NCBI RefSeq assembly: GCF_009914755.1
Contig: NC_060933.1
Direction: 5' to 3' (one strand)
Length of the DNA: 64,000 bases
Source of the DNA: the human T2T-CHM13v2.0 reference genome, Homo sapiens
Position numbers and translations under genes: made by a program
Shown here: piece by piece, positions 1 through 11,268 of the stretch
Position numbering within the stretch: the first letter of the stretch is position 1
Layout of the letters: each line of letters opens with the position of its first letter
Notes under the pieces: model-generated
What the model saw: the letters and a program-made list of their open reading frames with translations, nothing else
Database searches by the model: none
Told to the model about the DNA's origin: nothing

Positions 1-799
1 ATATCTTTGAAAGTCAGTTTCATCATATTTTACAACAAAAATGAGCAAAATTATCTTTTTAGTTCCTATAGCAATTCCTTCTGAAGAAATAGGGATTGGA
101 GATATTTAAGGAATTGATTTGTACATCTTGTTTGTGTTCAGTCAGTGGAATATAGTAGGACCTAACATTAAAATATATCTTTTGCTTTAAGCTAAACAAT
201 TTGGTTTCCAAAATGGGCATTTATGAACTGTTTTTTTGCAATTATTTATTTTATGAAAGCCTTTAAGTATTTTTCTAATGCCTAATGGCAGGGTCTCACC
301 ACAATTACCTTGAGAGGGAAAAACAACCATTGAATCCAATATCAGGTTTTGAAGGGAGTGAAAGGTATCTAACCTGAATTTGGTTACTCTGGAGAGTAAA
401 AGGAAAGCATGTTTCAAATTTCCAGTGGTAAAAGTATCAACAAGAAGTTTCACTTCTGTTTTACTGCTATTTATAGGGGTGTGTGGGAAAGAAAGAGAAA
501 GGTGGAATAAGAATGCCATCATTAAAGTTTGCTAAGATGAGACATGTAAAGTATGGAGTTTTGAAGTTTTTAAATCCTTTTTAAAACTTCATACATTCTT
601 TTTAAATTGAGACTGTTGTTAGCTGAAAGAATAGATGCGTTTTTGGGTTGCTAATGAGTCAGCCAGTAAGTGCCTTTTCTGCATAACTCTGCTATGAAGA
701 ACTCTACCTAACAGATTCCTTTGTGAGTCTGTATTACAGAGGTAGTTGCCCTGATTTCTGGGGAGAATCAGGAGTTTAGTAAGAGTTTTAATATTAGAC

Positions 800-960
800 T
801 ACCTTGGGGATTTGTACTCTGAAAATCTGTTTTCTTATTTGTAAAATTAGGATAATATAATTGGCTTCAATAAGGTGACTGTGAAGATTAAATGACATAA
901 TGTATCTAAAGCCCTAACCACAGAGCATGAAACATAATAAGCAGCTCTTATAAAGTAGCT
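800..960 (+). mobile_element. MIR SINE fragment
   Basis: Degenerate MIR core (tctgttttcttatttgtaaaattaggataataata...gtgaagattaaatgacataatgtat); boundaries approximate. Confidence 0.6.
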
Positions 961-3439
961 ATAATAATTAGAAAGAGATGTCTGTCATATTCAGAAGATT
1001 CTTTAGGATGGTAACATTTTATGAGAGAAGTTTTTTGGTTGTCTATAGTTTTTTTCTTAACTAATTCACCTAGGATGCAATGTTTAATTAAATTTCTTAC
1101 TAACATGCTTCAGTATTTAATATGTGCTTATTTATTCTGCTATAACTTCTAATAGCAACATAGAGAGCTTTCACATACTTTCTGAATGAAACTGTATTGC
1201 TGTCTAAGGACTGAATTGTGAGGAAATGTTTCACATACATTAATTTATGAAGGTGGGTTCTACTCAGTGTAAGACAAATCACAATGATTATCTCAATCCC
1301 TAAGCATGGATTTACTTTAAATATCCTATGAGTTAAAAAAAAACAAAAACAAAAAACAAGAGTTTCAAAGTTCTGAGCCCTATTTACATGGTAGAGTTAG
1401 CCCCATTAGGTCAAAGAAGCTAAATAAAGAGCATAGCTTTTGAACATGTAGATATACAATTAACCACAATGGCACCAAGGTTTCTTGTTATAGTCTTTAA
1501 ATCAGCAACACTCCTTTATAAAGAACTGCTTAAATCATCACATTCACAATAGTCTGTGTAATTTACTCAAAGAAGGATCAGGCAGGATACGTTACAATGA
1601 TTGGAGCTTTTGCTATGCTTTGCTTCAATTCCCCCCAGTCATACTTAACCAGAAATTTGCAAAATGGTGATTATCTTTCTATGAACTGAGGTGTTATAGA
1701 ATTATTTTCCTTATGGAGTTTTGGGTTATCGCTATTATTTTAGAAGGCAGAATTGGTTTCCTACTAAGAAAAAACACTGCCACTTAAGAGAAAAAGAAAA
1801 AATACGTGGGATGATGATGAAATGAGCTGTGTATTAGAATTCAAATTCATACAGCCTTGTTAGAAAAAAAAAAGCCAAGAACATAATCAAAAGCTTTAAA
1901 AGTATTTACAACATTTAATTCAGTACTTGTATGTATAGCGATTTATTCTAAGGAGGTAATATGAAATACAGAAAGTGCTTTATGCTTATATGTTCATCTC
2001 ATTATTTACAACTGAGAGAAGATGAAACTATGAATGTCTAAAACTAGAAGAATTAAGTAATTGTCCTATGACGAAATAATGGAAAATTACATAGCTATTA
2101 AAGTTGACATTTGCAAAATCTGTTAAAATGAGAAATCTTTGTGTCACAAAATTAAGTTAAATGTATTATATATAAACAATATTATCATAACTTTTTATAT
2201 GAAGAAAAAATGTAGAAGTAAATACACTAACACATTAATCCATCATATTCATAAGCAACTATATGTGTTTGTATCTAAACATTTTGAAAAATACTGAAAT
2301 GCATTCATTGGCATGAACTGTGGAGTTTTGTAAGATTTTTCCTATAAGAAAAACATAAAATACTTTGATTTAACATTAATGAAAGTTGTAAAATAAAGTA
2401 AACAATAAACCATGCTTAAAAAAGAAATTACACTCCAACTTATATAAAACTCAAGGTTGAAAAACAGGAAAAGATTAGTTTTTAGTGTGCTGGAAATTAC
2501 TTCTCAACCGTTTTTATAACATAAAGGCAAAGCAATGTGATGTTAATGCCTATTCAGCCAACTTAAATGTAAGTCCTGTGACATCCATTCTTTGTTTTCA
2601 AAGACATATTGAGCATTTACTATGTACTAGGAATTTAGAAAAAAAACATATAAAAAAGGATACATCTCCACTTATGTATTTCTTAGTTATTTATGATTCC
2701 AAGTAAGCATCTTCAACTTGTGTGAAAGAGCTTGTAAAGCAACAAAACAGAACACATTCTATTCTGTTTCACAATTTGTATCCCCCTGAAAGTGGGGGAA
2801 CAATGTCTATAGCATCCAACTGGTTTCCAGCTATCCCAGAGCAAGGAATCAGAGATTATGTCCTCTCAGGATGTCTTATTTCCTAAGAGCCACAATACTG
2901 TGGTTAGTTGAAGCTTTGGTGTAATGAATTATCTCTCCCCAGCCTCATGGTATCCCCAGGGGGATGTAAGTACTGGTAGGAATCGGTTCTTAGAGTGATA
3001 TTTCTTGGCCAGTTATATATATATCACCAAACATGTCCATCCCTTTCCCAAAAATACTCCAGGAAAGAATAATATCCCAGAGGAGGCCGATTTCTGCTCA
3101 GACCTGAGGTGCCTAGCCATTTAATGACCTACAGTCCAAGGGCTGAAATTCCTGTCGTCCAGCAGACTGTGGCCTCCCATCCATGATAATCCAAATGCAT
3201 TGAAGTATCCCAGGAAAAGAGAAATAGAATTCAAAATTCCCTCCAAAACTGCATATACACTTTACCTTTCTCTTACCAATAGTTTAGCTGAGGATATTCT
3301 ATGATCTTTTTTCTTTTCATCTTCTGTCACTTGCCTTCTTGGCTAATTTCTTGTGATATATTGTGTTTTTTCACACTCAATTATGTAACACAGGTATACT
3401 TTGTTTCTGACTAGGTTCATGTTCGTCTTCTCAAGGTTT

Positions 3440-4110
3440 TCTATAATATGGATACATCACAGTTTGTTAGTCTATTCATGTGTTGATGATTGATGTTTTC
3501 CAATTTGCAGCTGTACAAATAAAACTACTTTAAAATGTCAGTGTCTTTGTATGGACATTTGATTGTTTCTTTTGGGTAGATAACTAGGAATGTAACGGTT
3601 GGATCATATGGTAGATGATATTTAACTTTTTAAGAAACTGTTCATCTATTTTTCAAGGTGGTTGTACTATTTTACATTTCTACCAGCAGTGTATAAAAGT
3701 CCCAGCTGCTTCATGTCCTTGTCAATACTTGGTATGATCAATCTTTTTAATTGTAGTCATTGTGATATGTATACGGTAGTATTTCATGTTTGGTTTAATG
3801 TGCATTTCCCTCATTACTAATGGTGTGTAGAATATTTTCTTGTGCTTATTTTCTATCCATATATCTTCCCTGATGACATGTTTATCCAAATATTTTGCCC
3901 ACTGAAAGGATTGCTTTTCCTATCAAGTTTTGAATGTTCTTTGTATATTCTGTGTATAAGTTCTTTATCAGATATATGTGTTTCCTCTATTTTCTTCCAG
4001 TCTATGGCATGACTTTTAATTATCTTAACAGAGTCTTTTGAAGAAGAAAAATATTTAATTTTGATGAAGCACAATTTATTAGTTGTTCTTTTATATACTC
4101 CAAAATTATG
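3440..4110 (-). mobile_element. Old L1M LINE (ORF2 3' region), left part, interrupted by the HERV9 provirus
   Basis: Antisense L1 ORF2-like sequence; ORF 3853..4074 gives L1-like residues (IKIKYFSSSKDSVK...DWKKI...ISDKELIHRIYKE). The L1 resumes at 12281. Confidence 0.8.
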
Positions 4111-5385
4111 TGAGAGGTGACAGTGTCCTAGCAGCCCTTATTCACTCTCGGCGCCTCCTTGGACTTGGCATCTGCTCTGGCCATGCTCAAGGAGCCCTTC
4201 AGCCTGCTGCTGCGCTGTGGGGGCCCCTCTCTGGGGCTGGCCCAGGCCGAAGCCAGCTCCCTCTGTTCGCGGGGAGGTGTGGAGGGAGAGGCATGGGCGG
4301 GAGGTGGGGCTGCGTGCGCGGGATTCCGGTGGGTGCGGGCTCAGTGGCCCCACACTTGGCGTGGCCTGCCAGTGCCTGCTGGGCTTGATTGGGGGATGAG
4401 CTCCCTCTGGGCTGCCGGAGTGCCCAGGCTAGGTGCTGCAAAGTCCCGCTGCAAGTGCCATTGAGAGGTGAAGCTGGCTGGGCTTCTGGGTTGGGTGGGG
4501 ACTTGGAGAACTTTTCTGTCTAGCTAAAGGATTGTAAATGCACCAATCAGCACTCTGTGCCTAGCTAAAAGTTTGTAAACACACCAATCAGCACTCTGTG
4601 TCTAGCTAATTGGGTAGGGGATTTGGAGAACTTTTGTGTCTAACTAAAAGATTGTAAACACACCAATCAGCACTCTGTGTCTAGCTAAAGGTTTGTAAAC
4701 GCACCAGTTAGCACTCTGTCAAAACAGACCCATCAGCTCTCTGTAAAATGGACCAATCAGCTCTCTGTAAAATGGACCAATCAGCAGGATGTGGGTGAGG
4801 CCAGATAAGGGAATAAAAACAGGCCACCAGAGCCAGCAGCAGCAACCTGCTCGGGTCCCCTTCCACACTGTGGAAGCTTTGTTCTTTCGCTCTTCACAAT
4901 AAATCTTGCTGCTGCTCACTCTTTGGGTCCCTGCTGCCTTTAAGCACTGTAACACTCACTGTGAAGGTCTGCAGCTTCACTCCTGAAGCCAGCAAGACTA
5001 TGAACACACCAGCAGGAATGAACAACTCTGGATGGGAGGAAGGAACAATTCCGGACGTGCCACCTTTATGAACTGTAACACTCACCTCAAAGGTCTGCAG
5101 CTTCACTCCTGAAGCCAGTGAGACCTCGAACGCAGTAGGAAGAATGAACAACTCTGGACGTGCCGCCTCTAAGAGCTGTAACACTCACCGCAAAGGTCTG
5201 CGGCTTCACTCCTGAAGTCAGTGAGACCACGAACCCACCAGAAGGAAGAAACTCCGGACACATCTGAACTTCTGAAGAAACAAACTCCGCACACACCATC
5301 TTTAAGAACTGTAAGAGTCACCACGAGGGTCCGCGGCTTCATTCTTGAAGTCAGCGAGACCAAGAACCCACCAATTCTGGACACA
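4111..5385 (+). mobile_element. 5' LTR (LTR12 family, LTR12B-like), 1275 bp
   Basis: Starts tgagaggtgacag and ends ccaattctggacaca; contains CCAAT tandem repeats, a TATA-like aataaaa (from 4812), poly(A) signal aataaa 4898-4903 and four U5 repeat units. Confidence 0.93.
4520..4820 (+). promoter_or_regulatory. LTR12 U3 enhancer/promoter: 41-bp and 24-bp CCAAT (NF-Y) repeats, GATA site, TATA-like box
   Basis: Four 41-bp units (ctagctaaaggattgtaaatgcaccaatcagcactctgtg-), three 24-bp units (aaaatggaccaatcagctctctgt), agataa 4803-4808. NF-Y/GATA binding is established for ERV9 LTRs as a family; activity of this copy is not shown. Confidence 0.75.
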
Positions 5386-5388
5386 TTT

Positions 5389-5406
5389 TGGCGACCACGA
5401 AGGGAT
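5389..5406 (+). other. Primer-binding site complementary to tRNA-Arg
   Basis: tggcgaccacgaagggat, 3 nt after the 5' LTR; matches the reverse complement of a tRNA-Arg(TCG) 3' end as I recall it; an Arg PBS is typical of ERV9. Confidence 0.85.
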
Positions 5407-5483
5407 TATTGCCTATCGCCAAGTGGTGAGATTATCGCCTATTGCTTGTCGGTGAGACCATCGCCTATTGCCAAGCGATGAGT
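5406..5483 (+). repeat. 26-bp tandem repeat x3 in the leader, each unit ending in a splice-donor-like motif
   Basis: Units start at 5406, 5432 and 5458 (ttattgcctatcgccaagtggtgaga / ttatcgcctattgcttgtcggtgaga / ccatcgcctattgccaagcgatgagt). Confidence 0.85.
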
Positions 5484-6315
5484 ACCATCAGATCCCTTTT
5501 GCTTGCTATTCTGTCCTATTTTTCCTTAGAATTAGGGGGCTAAATACCGGGCACCTGTTGGCCAGTTAAAAGCAACTAGCACTGCTGCCGGAATAAAGAC
5601 ACGGGTGTGAGGCTTTCTGGGAAAGGGTTCTCTAACAACCCCTAACTCTTCGGAGTTGGGAGTATTGGTTTGCCTGGAACCAGCTTCCACTTTTCCTGTA
5701 CTTCTGGGCTGAGCCGAGGGTTGACAGAGAGGAAAGCCATTCAGCTCCGGGCTCCTGACAACAAGTTGGTTGACCCTGTGGCCATGAGCAGAACTCTCAA
5801 AGGCATGTCGCCCAAGTGAGAGTTGCCCATCTATCCTATCTATCCTGACCCTTGCCCCCTGGGTCCTAATGCCAGCCTCTTGCCTCTCTTCTCTGAGGCT
5901 AGCCCTGCTTCTAAAAACCACTCCTGTCTCTGGTGCTTTTTTAGTTTCTCCTATAAGAATGATTTCTAGTATAAACTTCAGGACTCTGTTACCTTCTTTA
6001 GGCACCCAGGCTCACCAATCAGAAAGACATAACTTTTGCCCAAAGCCCCATTGTAGGGGGGACTATCTGGAATTTTAGGATCCCTCCTCAGACTAGCAGG
6101 CGTAACAAAACTATTCCTGAAGCTAGGATAGGGGGAGCCTCAGAAATTGTATCCTTTCTATTCAAATAAGTGAGGACAAAAGGCATCACTCTTCCAACTC
6201 TGGAGATCCCTTCCCTCTCTCAGGGTATGGCCCTCCACTTCATTTTTGGGGCATAACATCTTTATAGGACATGGGTAAGGTCCCAATACTAACAGGAGAA
6301 TGCTTAGGACTCTAA

Positions 6316-6560
6316 CAGGTTTTCGAGAATGCGTCGGTAAGGGCCACTAAATCCGAGTTTTCTCGGTCCTCTTTGTGGTCTAGGAGGACAGGCAAGGGTG
6401 CAGGTTTTTGAGAATGTGTCGGTAAGGGCCACTAAATCTGATTTTTCTCGGTCCTCTTTGTGGTCTAGGAGGACAGGCAAGGGTGCAGGTTTCTGAGAAT
6501 GCATCAGTAAGGGCCACTAAATCCCACCTTCCTCTGTCCTCCTTGTGGTCTGGGAGGAAA
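6316..6560 (+). repeat. 85-bp tandem repeat (~3 copies) in the pre-gag leader
   Basis: caggttt...gagaatg...gtaagggccactaaatc...tgtggtctaggaggacaggcaagggtg recurs at 6316, 6401 and 6486. Confidence 0.9.
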
Positions 6561-6687
6561 ACTAGTGTTTCTGCTGCTGCGTCAGTGAGCGCGACTCTTC
6601 CGATCAGCAGGGTCCAGGGACTGTTACGGGTTCTTGGGCAGAGGGAGAAAAAAACAAACCAAAACCGTGGACGGTTTTGTCTTTCAG

Positions 6688-8148
6688 ATGGGAAACACTC
6701 AGGTATCAACAGGCTCACCCTTGAAATGCATCCTAAGCCTTTGGGACCAATTTGACCCATAAACCCTGAAAAAGAGGCAGCTCATTTTTTATGCGCTATG
6801 GCCTGGCCCCAATATTCTGTCTCTGATGGGGAAAAATGGCCACCTGAGGGAAGTACAAATTACAATACTATCCTGCAGCTTGACCTTTTCTGTAAGAGGG
6901 AAGGCAAATGGAGTGAAATACCTTATGTCCAAGCTTTGTTTTCATTGAAGGAGAATACACAACTATGCAAAGCTTGCAGTTTACATCCCACAGGAGGATA
7001 TTTCAGCTTACCCCCATATCCTAGCCTCCCTATAGGTCCCCTTCCTATTAATCATAAGCCTCCTCTAATCTCTCCTGCCCAGAAGGAAATAAGCAAAGAA
7101 ATCTCCAAAGGACCACAAAACCCCCCAGGCTATTGGTTATGTCCCCTTCAAGCTGTAGGGGGAGGGGAATTTGGCCCAACCCGGATACATGTCCCCTTCT
7201 CCCTCTCAGATTTAAAGCAGATCAAGGCAGACCTGGGCAAGTTTTCAGATGATCCTGATAGGTACATAGATGTCCTACAGGGTCTAGGGCAAACCTTTGA
7301 CCTCACTTGGAGAGATGTCATACTACTGTTAGATCAAATCCTGGCCTTTAATGAAAAGAATGCGGCTTTAGCTGCAGCCCGAGAGTTTGGAGATACCTGG
7401 TATCTTAGTCTAGTAAATGATAGAATGACAGCCGAAGAAAGGGACAAATTCCCCACTGGTCAGCAAGCCGTCCCCAGTATGGATCCCCACTGGGACCTTG
7501 ACTCAGATCATGGGGACTGGAGTCGTAAACATCTGTTGACCTGTGTTCTAGAAGAACTAAGGAGAATTAGGAAAAAGTCCATGAGTTATTCAATGATGTC
7601 CACCATAACTCAGGGAAAGGAAGAAAATCCTTCTGCCTTCCTTGAGCGGCTATGGGGAGGCCTTAAGAAAATATACTCCCCTGTCACCTGAATCACTCGA
7701 GGGTCAATTGATCCTAAAAGATAAGTTTATTACACAATCAGTTGCAGATATCAGGAGAAAGCTCCAAAAGCAAGCCCTGGGCCCTGAACAAAATTTGGAG
7801 GCATTATTAAACCTGGCAACCTTGGTGTTCTATAATACGGACGAAGAGGAACAGGCCCAAAAGGAAAAGCAAGATCAGAGAAAGGCCGCAGCTTTACTCA
7901 TGGCCCTCAGACAAACAAACCTTGGTAGTTCAGAGAGGACAGAAAATGGAGCAGGCCAATCACCCGGCAGGGCTTGTTATCAGTGTGGTTTACAAGGACA
8001 CTTTAAAAAAGATTGTCCAATGAGAAACAAGCTGCCCCCTCGTTCATGTCCGCTATGCTGAGGCAATCACTGGAAGGTGCACTGCCCCAGAGGACAAAGG
8101 TTCTCTGGGTCAGAAGTCCCCAACCAGATGATCCAACAACAGGATTGA
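6688..8148 (+). pseudogene. gag: HERV9 gag, disrupted
   Basis: ATG 6688 (MGNTQVSTGSPLKCIL, Gly2 myristoylation-type start); TAA at 6760; frameshifts before 6798 and near 7650; PPPY-like LPPYP; MHR-like QGKEENPSAFLERL; zinc knuckle CYQCGLQGHFKKDC; second knuckle broken by TGA 8059; terminal TGA 8146-8148 in frame with pro-pol. Confidence 0.92.
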
Positions 8149-10350
8149 GGGTGCCCAGGGCAAGTGCCAGGTCATGTCATCACCCTCACTGAGCCCCAGG
8201 TACGTTTAACCATTGAGGGCCAGGAAATTGACTTCCTCCTGGACACTGGTGTGGCCTTCTCAGTGTTAATCTCCTGTCCTGGACGACTGTCCTCAAGGTC
8301 TGTTACCATCCGAGAAATCCTGGGACAGCCTGTAACCAGGTGTTTCTCCCACCTCCTCAGTTGTAATTGTGAGACTTTGCTCTTTTCACGTGCCTTTCTT
8401 GTTATGCCTGAAAGTCCCACACCCTTATTAGGGAGAGATGTATTAGCCAAGACTGGAGCTATTATCTACATGAATATGGGGAACAAGTTACCCATTTGTT
8501 GTCCCCTACTTGAAGAGGGAATCAACCCTGAAGTCTGGGCATTGGAAGGACAATTTGGAAGGGCAAAAAATGCCTGCCCAGTCCAAATCAGGCTAAAAGA
8601 CCCCACTACTTTTCCTTATCAAAGGCAATATCTCTTAAGGCCTGAAGCTCATAAAGGATTACAGGATATTGTTAAACATTTAAAAGTTCAAGGCTTAGTA
8701 AGGAAATGCAGCAGTCCCTGCAACACCCCAATTCTAGAGGTACAAAAACTGAATGGTCATTGGAGTCTAGTGCAAGATCTTAGACTCATCAATGAGGCAA
8801 TAATTCCTCTATATCCAGTTGTACCCAACCCCTATACCTTGCTCTCTCAACTACCAGAGGAAGCAGAATGGTTCACTCTTCTGGACCTCAAGGATGCCTC
8901 CTTCTGTATTCCCCTGCACTCTGACTCCCAGTTTCTCTTTGCCTTTGAGGATCCCAGAGACCACACCTCCCAACTTACGTGGATGGTCTTGCCCCAAGCA
9001 TTTAGGGATAGCCCTCACCTGTTTGGTCAGGCACTGGCCCGAGATCTAGGCCACTTCTCATGTCCAGGCACTCTGGTCCTTCAGTATGTGGATGATTTAC
9101 TTTTGGCTACCAGTTTGGAAGCCTCGTACCAGCCGGCTACACTAGATCTCTTGAGCTTTCTAGCTAATCAAAGGTACAAGGTGTCTAGGTGGAAGGCCCA
9201 GCTTTGCCTATAGCAGGTCAAATATCTAGGCCTAATCTTAGCCAGAGGGACCAGGGCCCTCAGCAAGGAACAAATACAGCCCATACTGGCTTATCCTTGC
9301 CCTAAGACGTTAAAACAGTTGCGGGAGTTCCTTGGAATCATGGGCTTTTGCCAACTATGGATCCCCAGATACAGCAAGATAGCCAGGCCCCTCTATACTC
9401 TAATCAAGGAGACCCAGAGAGCAAATACTCATCTAGTAGAATGGGAATGAGAGGCAGAAACAGCCTTCAAAACCTTAAAGCAGGCCCTAGTACAAGCTCC
9501 AGATTTAAGCCTTCCCACAGGACAAAACTTCTCTTTATACGTCACAGAGAAAGCAGGGATAGCTCTTGGAGTCCTTATTCAGACTCATGGGACAACCCCA
9601 CAACCAGTAGCATACCTAAGTAAGGAAATTAATGTAGTAGCAAAAGGCTGGCCTCACTGTTTATGGGTAGTTGCGGTGGTGGCCGTCTTAGTGTCAGAGG
9701 CTATCAAGATAATACAAGGAAAGGATCTCACTGTCTGGACTACTCATGATGTAAATGGCATATTAGGTGCCAAAGGAAGTTTATGGCTATCAGATAACCG
9801 ACTACTGAGATACCAGGAACTACTACTTGAGGGACTGGTGCTTCAAATACGTATGTGTGTGGCCCTCAACCCTGCCATTTTCTCCCAGAGAATGGGGAAC
9901 CAATTGAGCATGACTGACAACAAATTATAGTCCAGAATTATGCCACCCGAGATGATCTCTTAGAAGTCACCCTAGCTAATCCTGACCTTAACCTATATAC
10001 CAATGGAAGTTCATTTGTGGAGAATGGGATACAAAGGGCAGTTATGCCATAGTTAGTGATGTAACCGTACTTGAAAGTAAGCCTCTTGCCCCAGGGACCA
10101 GTGCCCAGTTAGCAGAACTAGTGGTACTTACCTGAGCCTTAGAACTGGGAAAGGTAAAAAGAATAAATGTGTATACAGATAGCAAGTATGCTTATCTAAT
10201 CCTACATGCCCATGCTGCAATATGGAAAGAAAGGGAGTTCCTAATCTCTGGGGGAATCCCCGTTAAATGCCACAAGGAAATCATGGAGTTATTGCATGCA
10301 GTGCAAAAACCCAAAGAAGTGGCAGTCTTACACTACCGAAGCCATCAAAA
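8149..10350 (+). pseudogene. pol: HERV9 pro-pol (protease, RT, RNase H), disrupted, integrase absent
   Basis: FLLDTG protease motif; RT motifs LDLKDA, LPQ and YVDD; stops at 9211-9213 and 9448-9450; RNase H motif VYTDSKYAY; no HHCC or DDE integrase motifs follow. Confidence 0.92.
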
Positions 10351-10665
10351 AGGGGAAGGAGAGGGGAGAACAGCAGCATAAGCAGCTGGCAGAGGCAGAG
10401 AAAGACCAGCAGAGAGAAAGAGAGAGACAAAGTCAAAGAAGGAAAGAGAGAAAGAGACAGAAAGTCAGAGAGAGAGGAAGCGAGAGAGAAAGAGAAAGAG
10501 ATAGAAAGTCAAAGAGAAGGAGACAGAAAGGAAAGAGTGAGAGAGACAAAAAAAAGAAAGGAGAAAGAGTAAAAGACAGACAAAGAGGGAGTCAGAAAGA
10601 GAGAAAGAGAGAGACAAAGGAGAAGTTGAAGAGAAAGAAAGAGAGATGGAAGTAGTAAAGAAAAA
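10351..10665 (+). repeat. Purine-rich (GA) low-complexity tract inside the provirus
   Basis: About 300 bp almost entirely A/G, with recurring gacagaaagtc/gagacaaag motifs. Confidence 0.9.
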
Positions 10666-10860
10666 ACAGTGTACCCTATTCCTTTAGAAGCCAGGGTAAA
10701 TTTAAAACCTATAATTGATAATCAGAGGTCTTCTCCATGACCCTATAACACTCCAATACCACCTTGTTGTCAGTGCAAACAAGGGCATAGCCCAAAAGCA
10801 CTGAGGCCACTGACAACCCGTAGCCTTCCTATCAAAAATCCTTAACCCATCAGGTTTCCT

Positions 10861-11211
10861 ACAGGAAAAGCTTCTCAAATCAGACAATGCCTTTCAAACT
10901 CTTATACCAACCTCTGGATTTGGGCAACATGGCTTCTCCCCTTTCTAGGTCCTGTGGCAGCCATCTTGCTGTTGCTCAGCTTTGGATCCTGTATTTTTAA
11001 CCTTCTTGTCAAATTTGTTTCATCCAGAATCGAGGCCATCAAGCTACAGATGGTCTTACAAATGGAACCCCAAATGAGCTCAGCTAACAACTTCTATCAA
11101 GGACCCCTGGACCGACCCACTGGTCCTTGCACTGGCCTAAAGAGTTCCCCTCTGGAGGACACTACAACTGCAGGGCCCCTTCGTTGCCTCTATCCAGCAG
11201 GAAGTAGCTAG
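10861..11211 (+). pseudogene. env: HERV9 env remnant: TM membrane anchor and cytoplasmic tail only
   Basis: The frame from 10861 reads ...WATWLLPFLGPVAAILLLLSFGSCIFNLLVKFVSSRIEAIKLQMVLQMEPQM...AGSS*, homologous to the HERV-W/syncytin-1 C-terminus. Confidence 0.9.
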
Positions 11212-11268
11212 AGCAGTCATTGGCCAAATTCCCAACAGCAGTTGGGGTGTTCTATTTACAGTGGGGAT

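Noticed and set aside
4520-5340. Regularly spaced repeats superficially resembling a CRISPR array
   Set aside because: They are contiguous LTR tandem units without unique spacers, in eukaryotic DNA with no cas genes.
4083-5481. Cluster of overlapping short ORFs on both strands (also 11137-12275)
   Set aside because: They lie within GC-rich LTR12 sequence, where stops are rare; no protein homology.
8164-9213. 349-aa protease-RT ORF as a possible domesticated enzyme
   Set aside because: It starts at GTG inside the gag-pol readthrough frame, is truncated by TAG before the RT thumb, and LPQG is altered to LPQA; consistent with neutral decay.
10267-10655. Highly charged R/E/K ORFs
   Set aside because: Translation artefact of the GA-rich tract.
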